From: Nitrososphaerota archaeon
GTDB taxonomy: Archaea; Thermoproteota; Nitrososphaeria; Nitrososphaerales; Nitrosopumilaceae
Assembly: GCA_029782475.1 (NCBI GenBank)
Contig: JARPSM010000121.1
Coordinates: 1-38,982 of the forward strand
DNA: 38,982 bases
Direction: 5' to 3'
How positions within the stretch are numbered: position 1 is the stretch's first letter; every line of letters starts with the position of its first letter. A model generated the notes under the pieces. The model was given only the letters and a program-made list of their open reading frames with translations. It had not been told where the DNA came from and searched no databases. The position numbers were made by a program, and so were the translations under genes. Shown here piece by piece: positions 1 through 9,258 of this stretch.

Positions 1-63
1 TTTACCTTGATTGATTCACTCGTTCTTTTTCTTAATAATTTTCAAGTGTTATCCTGATTGATT

Positions 64-82
64 TGATATACAATGTATATCA
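64..82. repeat. 19-bp palindrome TGATATACA-A-TGTATATCA, copy 1; extends to an imperfect hairpin 55-93
   Basis: Perfect 9-bp inverted arms with a 1-bp centre; outer TGATTGATT (55-63) pairs with AATCAATCA (85-93) around a 2-nt bulge; identical core at 265-283. Confidence 0.9.
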
Positions 83-86
83 TTAA

Positions 87-284
87 TCAATCAAATAATG
101 ACGTTATCAATCTGTAAAACTTTGTGAAAATATCATCATTATCTATTGGTTCAGGTGCAGTAGGTTCAGGTGTTGGTTCTTGTACTGGGTCAGGTGCAAT
201 AGGTTCAGATGCAGTAGGTTCAGATGCAGTAGGTTCAGGTGTTGAAATATTCACTTTTTCTAAATGATATACAATGTATATCAA
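87..284 (-). pseudogene. Orphan C-terminal fragment of a surface or secreted protein (PEPTA linker plus amphipathic tail)
   Basis: Pro/Glu/Thr repeats (PEPTASEPTASEP) followed by DIFTKFYRLITSLFD*; no signal peptide; TTG start overlaps the palindrome and an in-frame stop lies 3 codons upstream. Confidence 0.5.
265..283. repeat. 19-bp palindrome TGATATACA-A-TGTATATCA, copy 2
   Basis: Identical to 64-82, 201 bp apart. Confidence 0.9.
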
Positions 285-342
285 ATAATGTTAATTGGAA
301 TGGATAGTAATTATTATAAAATGACTAATTACTTGAAATTTA

Positions 343-1728
343 ATGAATAAAATAATTCTATCAATTTTAACATTAATCTCAATTACTGCAATAAGTGAAG
401 GATCAGCATATGCACAAACAGATAATGATATTTTACAAGTATGGAAAGAATATGTTGAATCTTACAAACAATACATGGAAGAATACAAGCAATGGGCGTA
501 TGACAGATTTGAAACATTAGAGAATGAGATCATATTACTAGAGAATGAAAATTCACAATTAAGAAAAAATATTGAAAATATGCAGAAAGTAGAACCAACT
601 CCTGAACCTACTGCAGAACCAGAAACTAAACCAACATCAGAACCATTAAAGGAATATTATGACAGTGGGCAGTTACAAAGAGAAATTCAATATTATGATA
701 GTGGGGAAATAAAAACAGAGTTTGGTTATTATGAAAATGGTAATCCAAGATCTACAACAAATTATCACGAGAATGGAAATTTCAAACACAGTTTTGATTA
801 TTACGAGAATGGTGATTTAGAATCTGAAATTAGACGTGATGAGAATGGTCATGTAACGTTTGACCATGATTATCACGAGAATGGAAATTTAAAAGAAGAA
901 AACATCCATTATGATAACGGAGATCACAAATCTGAAATTCGATATTATGAGAATGGAAATTTAGAACGTGAAGTTCAATACAATGAGAATCAAATATTCA
1001 AATCTCGATTAGGTTATTACGAGAATGGGAATTTAGAATTTAAACTTCTAGCTGATGTGAAGGGAAATACAATATTTAACGAATATTATTACGAGAATGG
1101 GGATTTAGAATCTAAATCACAATATCATGACAACGGTAAGATAAAATCTGAATCTTATTATCACGAGAATGGGAATTTAGAATCTGAAAACCAATATGAT
1201 AAGTATGGAAATTCCATAAGTTCACCACATATTACTACAGATAAGATAGTTTACCGTCTAGGAGATACTGTTTATGTAACTGGAAAAGTCATGGAACCGC
1301 TTACAAAACAACTGATTAATGGAACTGTTGCTTATCCAAATAGAGAAAATATTAACATTAAAGTATTTACTCCAGAAAATACAAGAAAATCAATAGACAA
1401 CGTTGGTGGATGTCAGAGAAGTTATCCTTACAATGAAAATAAATTCAATGAAAGTGACTTTGAAATTATAGAAGAGTATTATGAGTATGTTCCTGAATTT
1501 GGCAAATATTATCATCACACTAGTAGTGATACTTCAATTAATGGCAAAGGTGTTGAATGTGACATACATAACGGGATGATTAAAACTAGTTTTGAAATAA
1601 CAGGTGATTTTACAGCTGGTACGCATAGAATTAGTTACTTACATCAATCAGGCGGTGGATCATTCTCTATGGGAGGTAACACAGACAGATATCTATGGTC
1701 TGAACCATTCACAATTAAAGGAAATTAG
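343..1728 (+). CDS. Secreted protein with coiled coil, Pro-rich linker, tandem YYENG (MORN-variant/YwqK-like) repeats and a C-terminal beta-rich domain
   Basis: Signal peptide ending AYA; PEPTAEPE linker; many (Y/H)(Y/H)(E/D)NG repeats at about 652-1212; C-terminal ITTDKIVYRLGDTVYVTGKV segment. Confidence 0.85.
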   Translation: MNKIILSILTLISITAISEGSAYAQTDNDILQVWKEYVESYKQYMEEYKQWAYDRFETLENEIILLENENSQLRKNIENMQKVEPTPEPTAEPETKPTSEPLKEYYDSGQLQREIQYYDSGEIKTEFGYYENGNPRSTTNYHENGNFKHSFDYYENGDLESEIRRDENGHVTFDHDYHENGNLKEENIHYDNGDHKSEIRYYENGNLEREVQYNENQIFKSRLGYYENGNLEFKLLADVKGNTIFNEYYYENGDLESKSQYHDNGKIKSESYYHENGNLESENQYDKYGNSISSPHITTDKIVYRLGDTVYVTGKVMEPLTKQLINGTVAYPNRENINIKVFTPENTRKSIDNVGGCQRSYPYNENKFNESDFEIIEEYYEYVPEFGKYYHHTSSDTSINGKGVECDIHNGMIKTSFEITGDFTAGTHRISYLHQSGGGSFSMGGNTDRYLWSEPFTIKGN

Positions 1729-1796
1729 AATTTGAGATCTCAAAATATGGTAGTATATTTTACAGACTTCCAAAACCGAAAATACACTTCCAAAAA

Positions 1797-1952
1797 TCAC
1801 AAACTTAATTTTTTTGGTTCTGCACTACGGCTTATGAAACCTAAATCACCAGGTCTTTTTTTTAATTTCAATTGAAATTTTCTAATTTCATAATTCCCGA
1901 TGACTTTTGATACTGAATCATTGATCATACCGTTTATGTCAATCTGAACCAT
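1797..1952 (-). CDS. Possible 51-aa hypothetical protein (below the ORF-track cutoff)
   Basis: Manual translation MVQIDINGMINDSVSKVIGNYEIRKFQLKLKKRPGDLGFISRSAEPKKLSL*; fills an otherwise empty gap. Confidence 0.3.
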   Translation of the reverse strand: MVQIDINGMINDSVSKVIGNYEIRKFQLKLKKRPGDLGFISRSAEPKKLSL

Positions 1953-2035
1953 TTTTTTGTTTGAATTGTGCAATTTCCTTTAAATCAAAAAAAACTATCG
2001 ATAACTTCATATTTTTGAGCTATAATTAATGAGGT

Positions 2036-2374
2036 ATGAAAAATCTAAAAGAAGAAAAACCGATTAGTAGAATTATGATTGGTCTTACCTGTTGGAATAT
2101 TTTTGGAATTTATTATGCTATAAAATTCAAGAAATTTAGAACATGGTTATTACTATCAACTATCATGTATGTATCAAGTATTCTAGGTTATGCCATTAGT
2201 CCTTTTGGTCAAGTAGCTTTTGTAGGTAGTGTATGGGATATTTTATGGAATATTTTAATTGTAATTGGTTTCATTGTTTTTACATCTTCTAGTCTGATTT
2301 TATGGGGTGTAATTATGGGTGAAATAATCAAATGGAATCGTAATTACAATTTAAAATTAAATTCAAATTATTGA
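2036..2374 (+). CDS. Hypothetical membrane protein (about 3 TM)
   Basis: ATG-started ORF preceded by GAGGT; three hydrophobic segments. Confidence 0.7.
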   Translation: MKNLKEEKPISRIMIGLTCWNIFGIYYAIKFKKFRTWLLLSTIMYVSSILGYAISPFGQVAFVGSVWDILWNILIVIGFIVFTSSSLILWGVIMGEIIKWNRNYNLKLNSNY

Positions 2375-2401
2375 TTAAAGTATGAAGTTAATTTATTCAA
2401 A

Positions 2402-2692
2402 ATGATAATCGATTTGGTTAAAATTAAAAATAAAACTTGGATGATTTTTGTTATTCCTTTTTTTCTTAGTGAGCTTTTGTTTGCTGTGGTGATTTTGTAT
2501 GGATTAGGAACAAGTCGTGGACTAGGGCCTGATTTTTTTGGATGGAGTATTGAAATGTTGATTTTATGGGGAGTTCCAACATTTTTCTATCATAGAAAAA
2601 GAAAGAAAACAAATGTAAAAGATGGAATTGCAGATTATGTTATAATTTGGATTATTGTTGCAGGTATTATGTTTAGACGAGCGTTTTTTTAA
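2402..2692 (+). CDS. Hypothetical membrane protein (about 3 TM)
   Basis: Hydrophobic segments separated by a basic loop (HRKRKK); co-oriented with the upstream gene. Confidence 0.65.
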   Translation: MIIDLVKIKNKTWMIFVIPFFLSELLFAVVILYGLGTSRGLGPDFFGWSIEMLILWGVPTFFYHRKRKKTNVKDGIADYVIIWIIVAGIMFRRAFF

Positions 2693-2695
2693 AAT

Positions 2696-2745
2696 GGTTT
2701 GTGAGATGAGGTTTTAACCCCTCATCATTCACATACCTTTTCTTT
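2696..2745 (+). terminator. Long imperfect hairpin followed by a T-tract
   Basis: GGT-T-TGTGA-GATGAGG ... CCTCATC-AT-TCACA-T-ACC (2696-2737) then TTTTCTTT, 3 nt after the stop at 2692. Confidence 0.5.
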
Positions 2746-2784
2746 CGCCAAAAATAATTAATATCATTTTGTTTTAAGTCTTTT

Positions 2785-2988
2785 ATGAGTGATTTTTCTA
2801 GTATTGGCCAGATAGATTCTAGTGCAGTATATCATAAAATCATGGAAGGTACACCAAATCAAAATTATGATATTATGGCATTGATAATACTTTTAAAAAA
2901 TTTAGGTTATTCTAAAAAAAGAATCAAGAGTGAAATTAAAAAATACAAAAAATCAAGAAATAGAATGTTATCTAATTTGCGGATTTAG
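2785..2988 (+). CDS. Small basic hypothetical protein
   Basis: ATG ORF with LKNLGYSKKRIK helical motif; AT-rich TATA-like sequence upstream. Confidence 0.45.
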   Translation: MSDFSSIGQIDSSAVYHKIMEGTPNQNYDIMALIILLKNLGYSKKRIKSEIKKYKKSRNRMLSNLRI

Positions 2989-3384
2989 TGTTTTTTCAAT
3001 AACAAAATCATAAACACCTTTTGGTTTTCTGTCTTTGTTTTGATTCATGCCATTAATTCCATTTATTATGCCAGTTTGATAAATACTGTTTTCTTTTTGT
3101 TTGAATTGTTTGTATGCTTTATCGAGTAATTCCTTGTCTTTTTCTTCTTGTTGATTTTTGGCAATATTTTGTATTTTGTATTTTTTGTCACATATGGTAC
3201 AATTACCTGGAATACAGTTTTTATTCTGCATGTGATCCTCAAAATCATTTAATGCTTGTTTTCTAATTTCTGGTTAAAATTTCTTTTTGTTATCTAATTC
3301 CTCAATCGCCTTTTTTATGCTAAATTCTTGTGTTTGATTACTTGTGTTGGTTCTGTTATGTTTTTTAGTGATTTTTTGATTAGA
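2968..3384 (-). pseudogene. Degraded hypothetical gene with a CxxxxCxxC motif
   Basis: The frame of ORF 2968..3231 continues upstream through an in-frame TAA at 3274-3276 (EFSIKKAIEELDNKKKF*PEIRKQALNDFEDHMQNKNC). Confidence 0.45.
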
Positions 3385-3778
3385 TCATTTTTGTTAATGT
3401 TGTTATTATCACAATATTGATTCTATTGATCGATACAAAAATGAGCTAAATTGTAATCAATAATTAGTTTTAAAGTAAAAATTCTATAACGATTTAGAGT
3501 TTTTGGAATATTTGATTATGGCCAAACTCCAATCTAATCAATTTATGCGGGTTAATACCATGTTTGCCTAGTGAATCATCACAAGATCCTATAAGGTATC
3601 CTGCCTCAATCTCCATAATAATATTGTCATATTCATTCCTATGTTATTGTTTAGATTAAACACTAGTTAGATTTAGATTTGTAATTTTTATTACAAATGA
3701 AAATTAAATTCCCATTTTTGGGAAAAATATTACGCGTGTGAGAAAAAATTTGGGTGTAATAGTAATTGAGAATTTAAT

Positions 3779-4933
3779 TTAGTTCCAAAGTTTTTCTTTG
3801 AAAGTAAGTTTTTTGTTTAAAATGAAATTACTAAGTGCTGCAGTTGCAATAGCTGAAATTAATGCAAGCGGATACGAAATGTCATAATAATCTACTAACC
3901 AAAATACCATTCCAAGTTGAATTAACGCACCTAATGAACTAAAAATGCTGAATTTTCCAAATTGAGACAATGTTTTCTTTCGTGTAAAGTCTCTATCTTC
4001 AAATGTCCAAACTTTATTTAAAATAAAATTAGTTGATATTGATGCAATTATTCCAAAAATATTTGCATGAATATACCAAAAATCAGTTAATCCAGATGTA
4101 AAAAGTGTTGAAATCACATAGTTGACAATAAATCCCGAAGCTCCAACTGTAAAAAATCTTGCAGCTTTTGAAAGGAAACGAATTGAATTACGTTTCTCAT
4201 TGCTTGTTTTTATTTTTTCGTTTTTGTATAATTTCCATACAGATTTAAAATAATCAATAATAACAGAATTATCTAATTTACTTGAACCAGATTTTCTATT
4301 TTCAAAAGTATATGGAATTTCTTTTATGTTAATACCTTTAGTTTTTACAAGAACTTCTAAAAGAAATTTGTAACCTAGGGTATCAAAATTTAATTCGTTA
4401 ATAATATTTTTTTTAAAAGCAAAAAAACCAGACATTGGATCCTTTGTTTTTACGTGCAACCCTTTTTTTGCAATAAGTGTTGCAATTTTACTCATTAGTT
4501 TTCTCTTAATTGTCCAACCTTGAATATTTCCTCCTGTAATGTATCGTGAAGCTACAACAAGATCACATTGATACTGTTTAAAAGATTCAATCATTTTTGG
4601 AATAATTTGTGGGGGATGTGAAAAATCTGAATCCATTACCAGAATTGTTTCTCCTTTTGCATTTTGTATTCCATTTAAAATGGCAGAAGAAAGACCATTC
4701 TTTGTTTTTCTATGAATTATATCAATAGTATTTTCTGCAATTTTTTTAATATTAGAAATATAGTCATCAACAATTTCGCCTGTCCCATCAGGAGAATTAT
4801 CATCAACTACTATTGTTTCAGTATGGATTCCTTTAGGAATATTTTCACCAATTAATTTAAGAATATTTACAATATTTTGAGATTCGTTATATGTAGGAAG
4901 AATTATTGAAACTTGAGGGTTAGATTGGACCAT
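3779..4933 (-). CDS. GT2 polyprenol-phosphate mannosyltransferase-like enzyme fused to a GtrA-like membrane domain
   Basis: IILPTYNE, VVDDNSPDGT, MDSDFSHPP, DPMSGFF motifs; C-terminal RFFTVGASG...NFILNKVWTF 4-TM GtrA pattern. Confidence 0.92.
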   Translation of the reverse strand: MVQSNPQVSIILPTYNESQNIVNILKLIGENIPKGIHTETIVVDDNSPDGTGEIVDDYISNIKKIAENTIDIIHRKTKNGLSSAILNGIQNAKGETILVMDSDFSHPPQIIPKMIESFKQYQCDLVVASRYITGGNIQGWTIKRKLMSKIATLIAKKGLHVKTKDPMSGFFAFKKNIINELNFDTLGYKFLLEVLVKTKGINIKEIPYTFENRKSGSSKLDNSVIIDYFKSVWKLYKNEKIKTSNEKRNSIRFLSKAARFFTVGASGFIVNYVISTLFTSGLTDFWYIHANIFGIIASISTNFILNKVWTFEDRDFTRKKTLSQFGKFSIFSSLGALIQLGMVFWLVDYYDISYPLALISAIATAALSNFILNKKLTFKEKLWN

Positions 4934-5047
4934 ATCTTATTTAATCCATACCCAAACACAAATGAATATTAATTTATAACAAATTTTATGCCTAAGTAGA
5001 CCTTTCTTTACAAAAATAATATCGGTAGATTCAATTTAGAAATTTAT

Positions 5048-5845
5048 TTACAAATATCGTGAGTTACTGATTTTCATTCTAGATTGTACTAGAATAATTG
5101 TAAAAGTCACAATTGTGAATATTAGAATTGGCAGATTCAATTCAGGTAATGATTTGTCAGGAGATATAATATCACCCCATGTAGATGGAGATGGAATATC
5201 AAAAGGATTTTCTCCTGTTGAATTTTTGGGCCATGAATAAAATTTGTCTAAACTTGCATCATATACTGAAAAATAAAATCCATAATTGTCTGAACGTTTT
5301 AGTAATTCAATTGGAATTTTGAATTCATAACTTGGATGTGGAGTTGTAGTGTAACGATCATTTTCATCAGATACAGTACTGATGGCAACAAAATTATCAG
5401 GATTAGGAATTTGTATAAATGAATCTAATTTATTTATTGGATTTCCCTGAAAAATAGAGCCTGTATTATTTTCTAATAAAACTGAAAAACAAAAATCATC
5501 AACATCAGAAATTTTACTTTTATTATTTTTTCCATCAAAACAAATTGTTGCTTTATCTTTTTGTTTGTCAAGTGTTAAATCATTTATAGGATCAACAAAA
5601 ACATAGATGTAATCTCCAAAATGAGCTGTTCTCAGATGTATTGTCATTTGATCATCTTCAAAAATATATTGATTATGACTTGATTGTTTCCATTCTAAAG
5701 TATTTGTCCATTTCCCATCAAAGATAACATGTTCCATACTTGGAGATATAGTAATTAAAATTGGTTCTGATATTGCAAATGCATTTTCAAAAGAAGCAAA
5801 AATTGTTAAAGAAACAAGACAGAGAAAGAGGAAATTTTGGTGCAT
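5048..5845 (-). CDS. Secreted or membrane-anchored hypothetical protein (DOMON/CBM9-like fold possible)
   Basis: Signal peptide (AFA), FDGKW..EW motif, YEFKIP, C-terminal TM. Confidence 0.75.
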   Translation of the reverse strand: MHQNFLFLCLVSLTIFASFENAFAISEPILITISPSMEHVIFDGKWTNTLEWKQSSHNQYIFEDDQMTIHLRTAHFGDYIYVFVDPINDLTLDKQKDKATICFDGKNNKSKISDVDDFCFSVLLENNTGSIFQGNPINKLDSFIQIPNPDNFVAISTVSDENDRYTTTPHPSYEFKIPIELLKRSDNYGFYFSVYDASLDKFYSWPKNSTGENPFDIPSPSTWGDIISPDKSLPELNLPILIFTIVTFTIILVQSRMKISNSRYL

Positions 5846-5929
5846 TTAATTTCATTAAATTTTGATCAAGTATAAAAAAAATAGCTTATAATTTAGTCAA
5901 ATTTATAGACATGAATGAAAAAATAATGT

Positions 5930-6097
5930 ATGAATAAAGCTATAATTTTTGGAGCAATTATAGCAATAGTTATTGGAATTATTATTGCATCAGTTGTAAA
6001 TTCATTGGAATTTTCAAATAATGAGACAATTCCTGTAAAAGAAGGAAGGAATCTTAGTGTTGAATTTACCGAATCCATAAACCTCAAGTCACCATAA
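5930..6097 (+). CDS. Small membrane-anchored protein (55 aa; not in the ORF track)
   Basis: Manual translation MNKAIIFGAIIAIVIGIIIASVVNSLEFSNNETIPVKEGRNLSVEFTESINLKSP*; N-terminal TM; better candidate than the antisense ORF 5893..6087. Confidence 0.7.
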   Translation: MNKAIIFGAIIAIVIGIIIASVVNSLEFSNNETIPVKEGRNLSVEFTESINLKSP

Positions 6098-6174
6098 AAT
6101 GTGCCAAAACGGATCTATCAATTAGGGGTTTTTTGCCAAGCTACCTAAATATAGTAAATTATTGGTTTATCATA

Positions 6175-6903
6175 ATGAAAAAAATCACATCTATTGTGTT
6201 ATTTGCAAGTATTTTTGCAGTTGCAGTATTAACATTAGGTCTTGGTGGAATTTCTGCTACACAACTAATGGTATCTGCTGCTCCACAAACTCAAGAAAGT
6301 GTAGGCATGTTAGGTCATGTTGAATACAGAGTTCTCGATGAGTTTGGAACTGTCAAAGCATACATGCAAAATGATAACATAGTAGTCGAAGCAGGAAAAG
6401 ATTGTGCAGCGCAAAAGCTCTTCACTAATACAAATGGTCAAGTAGGAGATTGTTTAGCAAGTTCAGCAGCTTTTACCTTTATCGGTATCGGTAACGGTAG
6501 TAGTGCAAATGTTGGTGTACAAAACCAAACATTAGCTGATGCCACTAACTCCGGAGATCAAGGTGATGCCAATGGAGACTGTGCAACTAATACAGCTGGT
6601 GGCGAGATGGCAAGAAGAAATGTAACTGCAAGTTTTGACACTTTAGGTACAACTAGTATTGTCACATTAGACACATCTAGTGAGCCATTTACATTTGATG
6701 CAAACAATGCAACAGCAGTAATTGATTCAGGAATATTCAATGCTAACTATGCTGCACCAGGCTCAGATGGAAAATGTGGAGGAACACCATCTGCTACAAC
6801 TGATTGGGACATGTTCTCAAGACAGCTACTTAATGCTGCAACAGGCATTACAGTTAGTTCCGGAGACAGTCTTTCTGTAAAATGGACAATCACCGTAGGA
6901 TAG
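6175..6903 (+). CDS. Secreted Gly/Ala/Thr-rich protein resembling phage-tail or fibre structural subunits
   Basis: ATG at 6175 opens a signal peptide (MKKITSIVLF...); motifs NIVVEAGK, FIGIGNG, EMARR, SGIFNA, MFSR, GDSLSVKWTITVG*; T-rich terminator follows. Confidence 0.8.
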   Translation: MKKITSIVLFASIFAVAVLTLGLGGISATQLMVSAAPQTQESVGMLGHVEYRVLDEFGTVKAYMQNDNIVVEAGKDCAAQKLFTNTNGQVGDCLASSAAFTFIGIGNGSSANVGVQNQTLADATNSGDQGDANGDCATNTAGGEMARRNVTASFDTLGTTSIVTLDTSSEPFTFDANNATAVIDSGIFNANYAAPGSDGKCGGTPSATTDWDMFSRQLLNAATGITVSSGDSLSVKWTITVG

Positions 6904-7014
6904 AATGATTTTATTTTTTTTAAAATTAATTCTTGTTTTTTATTTTTTTAAAACAGTCAAGAATTTATCTATACAATTTTAAAAATTAACTATCCAATAC
7001 AACAACTTACAAAC

Positions 7015-7401
7015 TTATTTCTGCAAAATTAATAAATTTGATTCTGTATCAAGAGTTATTTTTTGTCCATTCTTAATTGATGAAAACTCTTTATCAGATA
7101 TTATAATAACTGGAATATTTGCAAGAGCACATCCAGTGGCAACAGTTAGATCAGCCTTTGTACAAACCATTGCTAAAGGTGCCGTATCGTTTGACTTTAT
7201 TGAATAAATTGTATACGCACCAACACTACTTCCAACACCAGATGGAAAAACTAGAATTGTATCTTTGATTGATTTTTGATATAAATCATGATTTTCATCA
7301 CTAATAATCCCAGTTTTTTTATCAACTGTGCCTAGAAAATTAATTGGATATTTAGACTTTAAAACAATTCCTTCTGCTTTTCCTGAAACTAGAATTTTCA
7401 T
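7015..7401 (-). CDS. Aconitase X swivel subunit (DUF126; phosphomevalonate dehydratase small subunit-like)
   Basis: INFLGTVDKKTG, GVGSSVG motifs; overlaps the partner gene by 4 bp. Confidence 0.9.
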   Translation of the reverse strand: MKILVSGKAEGIVLKSKYPINFLGTVDKKTGIISDENHDLYQKSIKDTILVFPSGVGSSVGAYTIYSIKSNDTAPLAMVCTKADLTVATGCALANIPVIIISDKEFSSIKNGQKITLDTESNLLILQK

Positions 7402-8552
7402 CGTGTCTCATCTTCAACTATTTGCAATAGTGGCTTTAGATTAACATCCACTTCGTTAGAATTTTTCAAATAAAATGCACCTTTGATACTATTAGTTGTG
7501 ACTGCATCAACACTATCTTTACTAATTAATGGGGACAAACATGTGCAACAATCAGCTAGAATCTCACATCCTGCACGTTCAAGCTCTGCAATATATCCGA
7601 TTTTTGTTGATTGTTCCTTTACAGTTCTTGGCATAAACACCATACATCTTTTCTGAAATGAACGACCCTTTAGTTTAGCAGTAAGATCAGATATTTCATC
7701 TAATCCCAATTGAGGACTGCCAAGTGTGATAATGTCACCTTTTTCTGCTGTGTTTAGTTCATCATGAACTGTTTGCATTTCTTTTTCATCAAAATCAATT
7801 TTTTCACAATCAGACTCACCTTCTCCAAAATTAAATTTGGCACAAGTTCCAGATGTTCCCATTCCGCCACACATTGCTTTAGTTTGTCGTTTATCCATCT
7901 CTCCCAGTCCAGAAATATTTACAGATGTATCACCAACTTTTCCTGCAAAAAATCCGAGCATTCCATATGTCAATTCATTTGGATTATCCACCTTCATTCT
8001 AATAGTAATGTTTGGAGAATCTTCTTTTCTTAATGATGAGTATGGGCTTTTTCCAACAATAGCACTAGCTAGTGCACTAAATGCACTTTCTTTGTTAGTC
8101 TTTAGATTATCAAATGAATTTGTATGAATTGCAGCATTACTTTCTGCAAATGCTACTTGAGTTCCATCTTTTGGAATATCAAATATTTCATAAGGAATAC
8201 ATGAAAATGAAGGAATAACTCCCATTGTTTCATATGAATTTCTAATTGAAAGTTGTTTTGAGATAAAATTCTTATCTAAATCATAATTTTTTACATTATC
8301 AATATCAAATCCCATTGGATTCAAAGTAGTTTTTACTTTAACTCGTGCATTTTTACTAATACTTGATAGAAATTCTTCGCCTGCATTACCAATCGTATTG
8401 TAATTTACTCCTGAAAGATGAGCCCATTCTATTGGAATCAATTTTTCAGCATCAGTAGCCTCACCAGTTGCAACTAAAATCCTATAGGCCATCTCTAAAA
8501 TTTCTCCTTGTTCACCTTTTAATGCAGATTCCTCATCTTTAGTTAATTCCAA
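7398..8552 (-). CDS. Aconitase X catalytic subunit (DUF521; phosphomevalonate dehydratase large subunit-like)
   Basis: AHLSGVNY, TTLNP, SCIPY, AFAESNA, LGSPQ, TTNSIKGAFY motifs. Confidence 0.92.
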   Translation of the reverse strand: MELTKDEESALKGEQGEILEMAYRILVATGEATDAEKLIPIEWAHLSGVNYNTIGNAGEEFLSSISKNARVKVKTTLNPMGFDIDNVKNYDLDKNFISKQLSIRNSYETMGVIPSFSCIPYEIFDIPKDGTQVAFAESNAAIHTNSFDNLKTNKESAFSALASAIVGKSPYSSLRKEDSPNITIRMKVDNPNELTYGMLGFFAGKVGDTSVNISGLGEMDKRQTKAMCGGMGTSGTCAKFNFGEGESDCEKIDFDEKEMQTVHDELNTAEKGDIITLGSPQLGLDEISDLTAKLKGRSFQKRCMVFMPRTVKEQSTKIGYIAELERAGCEILADCCTCLSPLISKDSVDAVTTNSIKGAFYLKNSNEVDVNLKPLLQIVEDETR

Positions 8553-8607
8553 TAGTATACTTTTGTTATTACAGTTATAATACTTGTATGTAATTTTCCA
8601 GTTGGAA

Positions 8608-9258
8608 ATGGAGAAAATACTTGCTGGAATGACAAAGACAATGAATGCAGTAAAACCTCCAAGAATAACTGCACTAAGAGATCTTCATGATGCAGAAACT
8701 GGTCCTTTCAGTATTTTAATTGGAACCATACTATCTGCAAGAACTAAAGATGAAGCTACAACAAAAGCTGTTAAAGAATTATTTTCAATATATAAAAATC
8801 CCAAACAACTATCAAATGCAAAAGTCAAAGATGTTGAAAAAATAATAAAATCAATTGGTTTCTTTCATGTAAAATCTAAAAGAATTATTAAAGTCGCAAA
8901 AATTATTGATAAAAAATACAAAGGTAAAGTCCCAGATGACCTAGATACTTTGGTACAGTTACCAGGTGTTGGTAGAAAGACTGCAAATTGTGTTCTAGTT
9001 TACGCATTTGAAAAACCAGCAATTCCAGTTGATATTCATGTTCATAGAATTTCAAATAGATTAGGTTTAGTTGAAACAAAACATCCTGAAGAAACAGAAC
9101 AAGAATTAATGAAAAAAATAAAAAAGAAATTTTGGATTGACATTAATGATACATTTGTAATGTATGGACAGAATATTTGCAAACCAATTTCACCAATGTG
9201 TGATGTATGTCAGATTAAAAAAAGTTGTAAATTTTATAAATCTAAGAACGTTTCTTAG
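8608..9258 (+). CDS. nth: Endonuclease III
   Basis: ILSARTKD, LPGVGRKTAN helix-hairpin-helix, VDIHVHR, C-x6-C-x2-C-x5-C 4Fe-4S motif; ATG at 8608 preferred. Confidence 0.95.
   Translation: MEKILAGMTKTMNAVKPPRITALRDLHDAETGPFSILIGTILSARTKDEATTKAVKELFSIYKNPKQLSNAKVKDVEKIIKSIGFFHVKSKRIIKVAKIIDKKYKGKVPDDLDTLVQLPGVGRKTANCVLVYAFEKPAIPVDIHVHRISNRLGLVETKHPEETEQELMKKIKKKFWIDINDTFVMYGQNICKPISPMCDVCQIKKSCKFYKSKNVS

Noticed and set aside
652-1212. Periodic DNA repeats as a CRISPR array
   Set aside because: Repeats are in-frame, degenerate at wobble positions and encode YYENG units; no cas genes.
5893-6087. 64-aa minus-strand ORF
   Set aside because: Antisense shadow of the more plausible plus-strand membrane protein 5930..6097.
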